From the IMG/VR virus record IMGVR_UViG_3300022187_000028, positions 2,758 to 66,757 of that record: 64,000 nucleotides of DNA. One strand, written 5' to 3'. Below the pieces are notes generated by a model. The model saw only the letters and a list, made by a program, of their open reading frames with translations, did no database searches and was not told the DNA's origin. A program made the translations under genes and the position numbers. Positions 19,849 to 26,624 of the stretch are shown one piece after another (position 1 is the stretch's first letter; each line of letters begins with the position of its first letter). The stretch comes from a virus.

Positions 19849-20616
19849 CTACAACCTCAAATTTCTTTCAATGATGGGAACCAATTCTTTTAATGATGGG
19901 CTAGATGCAATGACAGCATTTCTTTTGCTGATATGATATTGTCCACCATGCGATTTAACTTTCAAGAAATCCTTACCATAGTCTAATTTTAATTCGGGAT
20001 TACCCTTTGCCCGACTAGATGTATGGCTAGAATAAATCTCTCCTCCTAGTTTTTCTTGGAAGTGTTCTAGGAATGCTCTAGGTCCGAAGAATTTCAAAAT
20101 AGATTTTCTTAGCATAGGAAACTTATCTCGGTTTCTTTTAGAAAGTTGAGTATCGACATAGTACCCTGCCGTACTTATGGAATATATTTCCCTATCAAGT
20201 TCTCTAAGAGCCGGAACATAATTCACCTTGTTTAAATATTTATCAATTCTCAAAATAATAGAGGACATTTCATTTTTCATCTCTTCTGTCACTCCTTCGT
20301 AATTTTCCATCATCTCTTGAGCGGCTTCGGGATATTGTTCCTTTATATCTTCAGCATCTTGTTTTTGCTGTTCTCGAAACTGTGCTTCTCCAACAAGAGA
20401 TTCTAGAGCCTTAAGTTCTTTGAGTACTGCCTCTTTATTTTCCCTCGTTCTTTTTCGGTCTGCCTTACCTTTTTCTCCACCTGTTTCTTGACTGCGCTGA
20501 CTTGTTCTTTGTTCAGCAGTTCTAGTATCTACTGCTGGCCGTGACATTGGCCTTGGTGCTTCCCTCTTATGAGGTGTCCAATTCTTATCTCTCTTGAGGA
20601 TAGTTCTCCAAGACAT
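19849..20616 (-). CDS. MSW-tag protein, probably two domains
   Basis: Starts MSWRTILKR; internal RKSILKF. Confidence 0.72.
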   Translation of the reverse strand: MSWRTILKRDKNWTPHKREAPRPMSRPAVDTRTAEQRTSQRSQETGGEKGKADRKRTRENKEAVLKELKALESLVGEAQFREQQKQDAEDIKEQYPEAAQEMMENYEGVTEEMKNEMSSIILRIDKYLNKVNYVPALRELDREIYSISTAGYYVDTQLSKRNRDKFPMLRKSILKFFGPRAFLEHFQEKLGGEIYSSHTSSRAKGNPELKLDYGKDFLKVKSHGGQYHISKRNAVIASSPSLKELVPIIERNLRL

Positions 20617-20618
20617 AA

Positions 20619-20846
20619 TCAAACCTCCGCATAAAACGATTCGCTGTTTGGCATATTAACCTGCCTAGCAATAACTTTCAAAGAGCCGCCCATCATTTGT
20701 AGGGCGTTCTTGAATAGGGAAATTTCCCTATCTACAATTTCCTTTTCTTCTTGTGATAGTTTGGAAGTATTGACAGAATTCATAGTCTTCTCCATTTCTC
20801 TTAGGAGGGACAGTACTCTCTTTACTTCTGCTTCCATAGTAATCAC
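20619..20846 (-). CDS. Small helical hypothetical protein
   Basis: 75 aa in operon context. Confidence 0.6.
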   Translation of the reverse strand: MITMEAEVKRVLSLLREMEKTMNSVNTSKLSQEEKEIVDREISLFKNALQMMGGSLKVIARQVNMPNSESFYAEV

Positions 20847-20852
20847 CTAATT

Positions 20853-21140
20853 TTAAACAGGTTCTGCTTCACTCATAATTAAACGCAAAGCATACAAAGG
20901 CCCAATCCTTTTCTTACCGGCGAGTTCCATTGCGCTTTGTAGTTGTTCTTCACTGGCGTTAAATGCTTGAATTTTTTCTACTGCCATCTCAATTACATCT
21001 TGTGTAATGTCGTATTCATGGAATAGTGTTGCCGTGATAAAATCCATTGGTCCCATCGTCATTAGACCTTTCTTTATTTCAGCCTCTTTCAAGAGTTTCT
21101 TTGCTTCACGAATATTTCTAAAATCTTTGCTGTTCATCAA
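20853..21140 (-). CDS. Hypothetical protein
   Basis: 95 aa in operon context. Confidence 0.6.
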   Translation of the reverse strand: MMNSKDFRNIREAKKLLKEAEIKKGLMTMGPMDFITATLFHEYDITQDVIEMAVEKIQAFNASEEQLQSAMELAGKKRIGPLYALRLIMSEAEPV

Positions 21141-21143
21141 TAA

Positions 21144-21476
21144 TCACCGTAATTGTTCTTCTGCTTCAATCCATTCTTCGCCCAAGTCATACAACTCATC
21201 CAAAGCATCTTCGCTTATTTTCAATAACTTACGACCCAGTTCGGGCATTTCCTTTAGAGAATTTTCTAACTCTCTACCATAGTAGGCATAATCCGATACT
21301 GCCTTAATGAAACCTTCAATGTTCTTTTTATCTACTTTCATAGCCATCTCTAAACTATCTTTAGAACCCCTTCTCTCTTCAGCCTCTCTCTTCATCCGAG
21401 GACTGACATTCATAAAACTCGTCATGTCTTCGGGGTCTTCGCCAAGTATCTTTCTTAATTCATCTTTCCAAGTCAT
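21144..21476 (-). CDS. MSW-tag protein, first gene of the head-module operon
   Basis: Starts MTWKDELRK with GGAG SD. Confidence 0.7.
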   Translation of the reverse strand: MTWKDELRKILGEDPEDMTSFMNVSPRMKREAEERRGSKDSLEMAMKVDKKNIEGFIKAVSDYAYYGRELENSLKEMPELGRKLLKISEDALDELYDLGEEWIEAEEQLR

Positions 21477-21599
21477 GCCAATTTCTCCAAAAAAAATTTC
21501 TCAAAATTTTTGGCGGAATTTGTTCGGGACTACGCAAAATTTTATTTTAATAGTAAATGTATTCCCAGAATAAGAATAATACTATTTTTGTAAATGCTA

Positions 21600-21890
21600 T
21601 TTGGGACATTAGTAATAGCCCCGCAGTACTGTACTAATTAGGTAAGCCTTAGCACAATACTATAGTGTCTTGGTAGTTTTCGCCCCCCTTCTGCCTATTC
21701 ATGGCTAAGAGTATCGTACTAATAGTAATTTCGCTACCGTTTAATGCGCTAAACTTTGCATATTTAGTAATGTGCCAACTACTAAAAACGCAGTACTGCA
21801 AGCCTGTTAGTAGTGCGCCGAATAGTACTCTATTTAACAGGAATTCTAATAGTAATAGTGGAAAAACAGCACTATTACTGTTAAAATAAT
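21600..21890. repeat. Non-coding region rich in short TAGTA/TACTA/AGTACT motifs
   Basis: Repeated tagtaatag, gcagtactg, actatta words. Confidence 0.5.
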
Positions 21891-21910
21891 AAAAAAAATT
21901 TGAAACAAAG

Positions 21911-21950
21911 CCATATGGTTGTGTAAAAATAGTGTTATACAACCATATGG
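21911..21950. promoter_or_regulatory. Inverted pair of CCATATGGTTGT boxes
   Basis: ccatatggttgt (21911) and acaaccatatgg (ends 21950); same core as the four sites at 23265-24939. Confidence 0.65.
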
Positions 21951-21969
21951 TATGCTTTGACTACCCCGC

Positions 21970-22007
21970 AAAGGAAGAGAGGGGCCGTTAAGCCCCCCTC
22001 TATCTTT
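21970..22007 (-). terminator. GC-rich hairpin closing the 22041-23215 operon
   Basis: agaggggc...gcccccctct imperfect stem after the last stop codon. Confidence 0.55.
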
Positions 22008-22040
22008 CTTAATACTCCTCTATGTGGAGTTGTTTCCGGC

Positions 22041-22253
22041 TCAGTCCCATGCTGAAGCCAATTGGTCTGCCTTTAGTGCCTCAAGTTCGTTGTGGCAATC
22101 ATCGCAAATGTATTGCTCCGAATCGTGATAATCATCAAGTTCGCAGATAGCACACTTCTCCGGCACACTCAACCAATCTTCGCAAGTCTTACAAATGTCC
22201 TTGCCGTCGTTATCGTCAAATTCACCGTTATGTTCAACGCAAATTTTAGTCAT
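22041..22253 (-). CDS. Small Cys-rich Zn-binding protein
   Basis: CVEH, CKTC, CAIC, CDDC. Confidence 0.65.
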   Translation of the reverse strand: MTKICVEHNGEFDDNDGKDICKTCEDWLSVPEKCAICELDDYHDSEQYICDDCHNELEALKADQLASAWD

Positions 22254-22369
22254 TCTTGTTCACCTCTAATGATGCCAAGGTAAAGGTCCACATCGAACTC
22301 AAGGACATTCGATATTGGATTCAGTAAGGCTCGTTGTGTTGCTTCTTCAATCATTTCTTCTTCGTTCAT
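22250..22369 (-). CDS. 39 aa hypothetical protein
   Basis: MNEEEMIEEATQRALL..., ATGA-coupled on both sides. Confidence 0.6.
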   Translation of the reverse strand: MNEEEMIEEATQRALLNPISNVLEFDVDLYLGIIRGEQE

Positions 22370-22491
22370 TCTTCTTCCTCCATTACGGTACAAAACTCTT
22401 GATGGGCATAAAGTAAATCCCAATCAATGTCTTCTTGCCATTCAACAAGTGGTGTTTGGTAACCACAAATACATTCAGCACTAAATCTCAT
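22366..22491 (-). CDS. 41 aa Zn-finger-like peptide
   Basis: MRFSAECICG...HQEFC...EEEE*. Confidence 0.6.
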   Translation of the reverse strand: MRFSAECICGYQTPLVEWQEDIDWDLLYAHQEFCTVMEEEE

Positions 22492-22500
22492 TCTTCTCCC

Positions 22501-22854
22501 TCATATGCTGGCACTAAAATCATTCAAATGAATGGGAGTACCATCCCACTGTTGAAAGGTATCGTTGTTCACTAAATACCATAGCCAATTCTTTTGCACT
22601 AACCTAACGCTAGTATTGGAACGCCAAAGAACACCATTAAGGCGTTCCTTTGTTGTGTGGCTAGTCCAACCACCTGCACTAATCATAATGTTGTTAGTGC
22701 ATCCTGTAGGCTTCCAAGCGATTCGGTTTCCGTGAAGTACTAGTTCAGTTATCACCAAATGTCCCGAAGGAACTTGTCTAACTTCTGTGTTTCCTATCTT
22801 CATAGTGCGGTCTGTAAAAAAGGCTCTAGTGCTTACTTCTGTTATCTTTCTCAT
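22501..22854 (-). CDS. Viral early-type hypothetical protein
   Basis: LHGNRIA...GWTSHTTKERLN motif resembles small phage early proteins. Confidence 0.65.
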   Translation of the reverse strand: MRKITEVSTRAFFTDRTMKIGNTEVRQVPSGHLVITELVLHGNRIAWKPTGCTNNIMISAGGWTSHTTKERLNGVLWRSNTSVRLVQKNWLWYLVNNDTFQQWDGTPIHLNDFSASI

Positions 22855-23093
22855 TCATCTTCCTCCATAGTGAAAATGTCTGTATAGCCGTTAGCCAAAA
22901 ACCAACCTGTGATTAATTCCAACTTATCGCTAGAACAAGTCCAAAGAAAATAGAGTGGACTATCTTGAAAGTGCTTCCACTTAGCGTCAAGATAATCTTC
23001 TGTAGCGTCGGGGAATAAAAGCATCTTGAAGGAAAATTTGTTTAGTCTTCCTAGATATTTTAGTTCGTCTGCAAATTCTCTTAGTGTAGTCAT
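22851..23093 (-). CDS. Hypothetical protein
   Basis: 80 aa, coupled. Confidence 0.65.
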   Translation of the reverse strand: MTTLREFADELKYLGRLNKFSFKMLLFPDATEDYLDAKWKHFQDSPLYFLWTCSSDKLELITGWFLANGYTDIFTMEEDE

Positions 23094-23215
23094 TCTCCTC
23101 CCTCCCTCGCTAATAGAATATGAATATGAATCAAACGCTTGTTAATCTGCATAATCTCCCTAGTCTGTTCTTTTAGTTCCATCATTAATTCTATAAATTG
23201 CTTTTCTGTTAGCAT
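23090..23215 (-). CDS. 41 aa leaderless first gene of cassette operon
   Basis: MLTEKQFIELMMELKEQ...; ATG 27 nt downstream of the CCCT-TATAAAA box. Confidence 0.6.
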   Translation of the reverse strand: MLTEKQFIELMMELKEQTREIMQINKRLIHIHILLAREGGE

Positions 23216-23231
23216 AACCTAGGCCCTGCTC

Positions 23232-23272
23232 TTTTTTTATAAGGGTTGTAGAGCAAAGTCACAACCATATGG
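23232..23272 (-). promoter_or_regulatory. Cassette promoter: CCATATGG box, CTTTG, CCCT, TATA
   Basis: Minus strand CCATATGGTTGTGACTTTGCTCTACAACCCTTATAAAA. Confidence 0.7.
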
Positions 23273-23297
23273 CGGTGTTCTTTTGTGGTGTGCCTCG

Positions 23298-23334
23298 CCC
23301 CACCCTATCGGGGATAGGAACCGATAGAGTGGGG
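23298..23334 (-). terminator. 14-bp hairpin after gene 23351..23734
   Basis: CCCCACTCTATCGG / CCGATAGGGTGGGG, one G-U pair on the minus strand. Confidence 0.65.
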
Positions 23335-23350
23335 GTCATAAGCGGGGATT

Positions 23351-23734
23351 TCAAAGGTCTTTTAGCCTGTTGTGGTACATGTAAAGCAACATTCTAATGT
23401 CCGATTCCTTCCTTGACACGGTGTAGTCTTTACCATCATCAAAACCATACTCATTGAGGGTGACGGTTCGGGTAGCCATGTCATAAGTGTCATTCCTTGC
23501 GATTGCGTGAGTTTCCATAAGGCGGCGGCTTTTCTGCTCGTATTCTTCTTGAGTGAAATCCATTCCTTCAACCATTTCAATCCATGCTTGGTAAGGCCCC
23601 ATCATAGCGGGTCCAACTGGACCAACTCGGTTCAATACATCTCTCATCCATCCCAATACGGTTGGGATTTCGCTGGTAAGGTTGGGAACCTTTACTTCAA
23701 TTTCATGCCATGTTATTCCTGCTGGTATTTGCAT
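23351..23734 (-). CDS. Hypothetical protein, leaderless single-gene cassette
   Basis: Probable start MQIPAG at 23734, 27 nt downstream of the promoter CCCT. Confidence 0.68.
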   Translation of the reverse strand: MQIPAGITWHEIEVKVPNLTSEIPTVLGWMRDVLNRVGPVGPAMMGPYQAWIEMVEGMDFTQEEYEQKSRRLMETHAIARNDTYDMATRTVTLNEYGFDDGKDYTVSRKESDIRMLLYMYHNRLKDL

Positions 23735-23753
23735 ACCAAAACCACCACACTGC

Positions 23754-23799
23754 ACTAATTAGGGTTATTCCAAAGAACACAACCATATGGTATGCTTTG
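23754..23799 (-). promoter_or_regulatory. Cassette promoter
   Basis: Minus strand CAAAGCATACCATATGGTTGTGTTCTTTGGAATAACCCTAATTAG. Confidence 0.7.
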
Positions 23800-23842
23800 C
23801 AGACCCCCATAAGGGGGCCGCTCAAGACCTTATTTTGCCTAA

Positions 23843-24343
23843 TCAGGCATCCTCCTGTAGAGTAGTACCTGTTCTGTAGGCTTGCATACCTACAATACTA
23901 CCGTCCCAAGAGCCTTTGTTGTAGGCTTCGAGATGCCATCGCTTGGATTGGCTACTCAAAGTCTTTCGTAGAGTTTCGGGAGTGTAAGCAATAATGCCTT
24001 CCTTGTTTTTCTTTCGTCGTAGTACATCGTAGATTGGATGAGTTGGGTCTTCGGGAACAATCATGGCCACCGCAGTATCAATGAATTGATATGCGTCCAC
24101 TAGTTCATCGGGAACTGTAGGAATGGAACCTTGTGAAAGATATTGTCCATAGCCAAATCGCTTCGCTTGTTTTCGTGCATAGGTGTAGTACATCGTGAGT
24201 TCTTTGTCAGTTGCTTCTGTGTCAACAGCGTCTTCAATTGCGTTAATCAATCGGTTCTGTATCTTTGCGTCGGGGTTAGGGTTGTGTTCTAAGTGCGTAG
24301 ACAACCGGTTTAGTTTGTTTTCGTTTTCTTCTGCTTTGGTCAT
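23843..24343 (-). CDS. Hypothetical protein, single-gene cassette flanked by an inverted repeat
   Basis: 166 aa; GGAGATGA SD-like site. Confidence 0.72.
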   Translation of the reverse strand: MTKAEENENKLNRLSTHLEHNPNPDAKIQNRLINAIEDAVDTEATDKELTMYYTYARKQAKRFGYGQYLSQGSIPTVPDELVDAYQFIDTAVAMIVPEDPTHPIYDVLRRKKNKEGIIAYTPETLRKTLSSQSKRWHLEAYNKGSWDGSIVGMQAYRTGTTLQEDA

Positions 24344-24391
24344 AATATCATCTCCATTAAGGTCTTGAGCGACACCTAAACCCCCACCTTA

Positions 24392-24438
24392 TTTTTATTA
24401 GGGTCTTTCCAAAGTTAATACCATATGGTTGTACTTTG
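24392..24438 (-). promoter_or_regulatory. Cassette promoter
   Basis: Minus strand ACAACCATATGGTATTAACTTTGGAAAGACCCTAATAAAAA. Confidence 0.7.
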
Positions 24439-24440
24439 CT

Positions 24441-24617
24441 AGACCCTAGAGGGATAGGAGGGGAGGCCGACTCGGATACAAGGCACTAAGGTCTATTCGC
24501 TAGGTTGAAAAACATCATGTCTAGAATTGTGTCAGTCAACAGTATCTTTTTACTTCAGTCCGTACGCTCGTCTGCGCCATTCCCCCCCTATCCATTGTAA
24601 GGTCTGCCCTAGGGTCT
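24441..24617 (-). ncRNA. Candidate structured non-coding RNA or long 3' UTR element
   Basis: Ends pair (agaccctag/ctagggtct and ggataggagggga/tcccccccctatcc); no convincing ORF. Confidence 0.4.
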
Positions 24618-24619
24618 TT

Positions 24620-24727
24620 TTAAGAAACCTTGTCGGCAGGGAGTGTTTTAGCAGTAGTACTTTTCTTGGGTGGTAGTTCTACTACTAGGAAATCCCATAC
24701 ATCAGCGTATGGGGGTGTTCTTGTCAT
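24620..24727 (-). CDS. 35 aa peptide
   Basis: MTRTPPYADVWDFLVVELPPKK..., ATGA-coupled to the upstream ORF. Confidence 0.45.
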   Translation of the reverse strand: MTRTPPYADVWDFLVVELPPKKSTTAKTLPADKVS

Positions 24728-24882
24728 GCTCGGTCATGGGAAGGAGGGGTAGTGGGGCCACCATCCCCACTACTCCCATCCAACTCAATCCGTTTAGGAA
24801 TAGGATTTATTGAAATTGTTTCTAGGATAGCGTCTAGAGTCTTAGTCATTGCCTTCATTGCTGTTATGTCGTATCGTGTCAT
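24724..24882 (-). CDS. 52 aa near-leaderless peptide
   Basis: MTRYDITAMKAM...; ATG 29 nt downstream of the promoter CCCT. Confidence 0.55.
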   Translation of the reverse strand: MTRYDITAMKAMTKTLDAILETISINPIPKRIELDGSSGDGGPTTPPSHDRA

Positions 24883-24902
24883 ACACCCTAGCACCTCTAT
24901 TA

Positions 24903-24943
24903 TTTTCATAAGGGTATCTCCAAAGTTAATACCATATGGTTGT
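24903..24943 (-). promoter_or_regulatory. Cassette promoter
   Basis: Minus strand ACAACCATATGGTATTAACTTTGGAGATACCCTTATGAAAA, nearly identical to the 24392 promoter. Confidence 0.7.
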
Positions 24944-25020
24944 GAATTGTTCTTTCGTGGTGTAAAACCCCGACCCCCCAAGGGGGGCCGAGGAGTAGAG
25001 CGGCGGGCTTCCGGAGTGGC

Positions 25021-25530
25021 TCACTCGTCTTGAGTGGCCTCCTCGTTGTCGTCTTCAGCAGGGCTGTAGTCGGTGTTTTTGTCGTAGTCGGCAATCCATT
25101 TGCCGCACACGAAATCGACAAGGGCGGTCATTGAAAGGTGGGCATCGCCACCCTTCGTTTTGCGGATTGGGTTGAAATTTGTAGCACCTTCGCCGGTAGC
25201 AATGAAATGCTTTGCTTTGGATTCAACCATGTTGTCGTAGTGTTGTCGGTTGGGGTCGTTGGAGCGCATGCGCTGAACCATCAAGTGGTCGGCGTTGTAT
25301 CGCTTCAAGAGAGACTTCAAGTGGGACGCATCGGCCTTACGGTAAGCGTCTTGTTGTGTGTCGTCTTTGAGTCCTTCAAGGGCGTCGGTGATTTGTCCTT
25401 GTGCTCGTTCTGTTAGAGAAGTCCAATCTTCCGATGGACTCTCAATGGCTTCTTCAAGTGGTGCGAAGCGGTTAATTTCCGCTTGTGCGTCCCACTGTTT
25501 CTTCTCTGTGTCTGTTGCTGTTTTTGGCAT
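25021..25530 (-). CDS. Acidic hypothetical protein, single-gene cassette flanked by an inverted repeat
   Basis: 169 aa; visibly higher GC than neighbouring genes. Confidence 0.75.
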   Translation of the reverse strand: MPKTATDTEKKQWDAQAEINRFAPLEEAIESPSEDWTSLTERAQGQITDALEGLKDDTQQDAYRKADASHLKSLLKRYNADHLMVQRMRSNDPNRQHYDNMVESKAKHFIATGEGATNFNPIRKTKGGDAHLSMTALVDFVCGKWIADYDKNTDYSPAEDDNEEATQDE

Positions 25531-25589
25531 GTTTTTTCACTTCCTTTGGTCGGTTGCTCTACTCCTCGACTGCTTTAACGGCTCCATTT

Positions 25590-25612
25590 CGGTTATAGGG
25601 CCTCTAACAAAG
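25590..25612 (-). promoter_or_regulatory. Cassette promoter lacking the CCATATGG box
   Basis: Minus strand CTTTGTTAGAGGCCCTATAAC. Confidence 0.55.
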
Positions 25613-25819
25613 CACACGACCTAATTTAAACACGCCTCAACCCTATTTTTTAGGTAGTGATAACACTAGTAAAGTAATTATTGATTTAATACTAGAGTAC
25701 TTCAATTGGCCTTATATTACATATACTATAGATGATAAGTTTGAACTTTCCAGCGTGATTCCAACTTGAATTAGAATCGAAAAGTGGCCTGAAAGGGTTA
25801 AAAACCCTGTTTTTATACA

Positions 25820-26060
25820 TTATTCTAATATTCTAATTATTCTAATATCTATTCTATCTATGAGAGTGTGAATCTATCTATCACACTCTCTATAAGTATC
25901 TAGGGGTTAGAAACTTAGAAAGTTGGAAACTTGGGCGCAGTATAGCGTTTGGGATTTGGAAACGAAAATTAGAATTAGAATAATGGGATTTCGAGGAGGT
26001 CGAATGCTGTTGACGGATTTGAAGGGTCGAATGCTATGTGTGAAATGCTATTTTCAAAAC
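25820..26060. repeat. Candidate replication origin or regulatory hub
   Basis: TTCTAAT x3, a 10-bp hairpin (25862-25890), TTAGAA x4 and GGTCGAATGCT x2 at the strand-switch point. Confidence 0.45.
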
Positions 26061-26268
26061 ACTAATTTCATTTTAGTATTTTCAAATATAAACAAAGTCA
26101 CATAGGACTGTTTGACGGCCCCTTTTAAATAAATCACAGGTGTTAGAGCATCTCGATGAGATAACCGGCGGGGCCTTCTGCTTGAGTAGGGGGCCTAACG
26201 ACAACGATTGATTCTTCAATCATTACTCGCAAGGGCCTCGCCACACAAAATATAAATGAGGAATACAA

Positions 26269-26436
26269 ATGAAAATAATTGAATTTATGAGAAAGCACTA
26301 CAAAGGATATAACGGAATGAGTAAAGACATTGGTTGGTACATGTGTGTACCAATGAATGTCATTGCCGAGCAATTGGGAATGACAATGGATGAACTTGGA
26401 GAACAGACTTGGTACTGGAAAGGTGAGGAAGAATGA
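26269..26436 (+). CDS. 55 aa hypothetical protein
   Basis: MKIIEFMRKHY...GEEE*, GAGG SD, coupled to next gene. Confidence 0.6.
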   Translation: MKIIEFMRKHYKGYNGMSKDIGWYMCVPMNVIAEQLGMTMDELGEQTWYWKGEEE

Positions 26437-26624
26437 AGAGAGTCACTAAGCATATCAAAACTCTCGCAAGCCTAATCATCGAAGAAGGAATGAACCGTGA
26501 AACTCCTTATCTTCTCGAAGTGGTCAACTTTGAGTGGGAAATGTACGCATACCGACCCTTTACTAGTGAAGACATTTATGCGGCTAGAGCATGGGTCTAC
26601 AAAACATTGGGGATGGTTTCTTGA
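26433..26624 (+). CDS. Hypothetical protein
   Basis: 63 aa, coupled. Confidence 0.6.
   Translation: MKRVTKHIKTLASLIIEEGMNRETPYLLEVVNFEWEMYAYRPFTSEDIYAARAWVYKTLGMVS

Noticed and set aside
3806-21476. MSW motif as a secretion signal peptide or purely a translation-initiation signal
   Set aside because: No hydrophobic core; conservation extends to residue 8 with synonymous codon switches and is limited to the head module.
141-21573. Plus-strand ORFs in the head module
   Set aside because: Antisense shadows of longer, coupled minus-strand genes; Ser/Phe/Leu-rich as expected for shadows.
21649-21942. ORFs 21649..21942 (-) and 21701..21889 (+)
   Set aside because: They lie in a low-complexity repeat region with no SD and atypical composition.
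21911-24939. CCATATGG repeats as a CRISPR array
   Set aside because: Spacing is irregular (32 bp to 1.3 kb), the intervals contain genes and the repeats align with promoters.
23817-25570. Gene-flanking inverted repeats as IS/MITE ends
   Set aside because: No transposase or target duplication seen; the arms begin at predicted +1 sites and the mismatch is a G-U pair only on the sense RNA.
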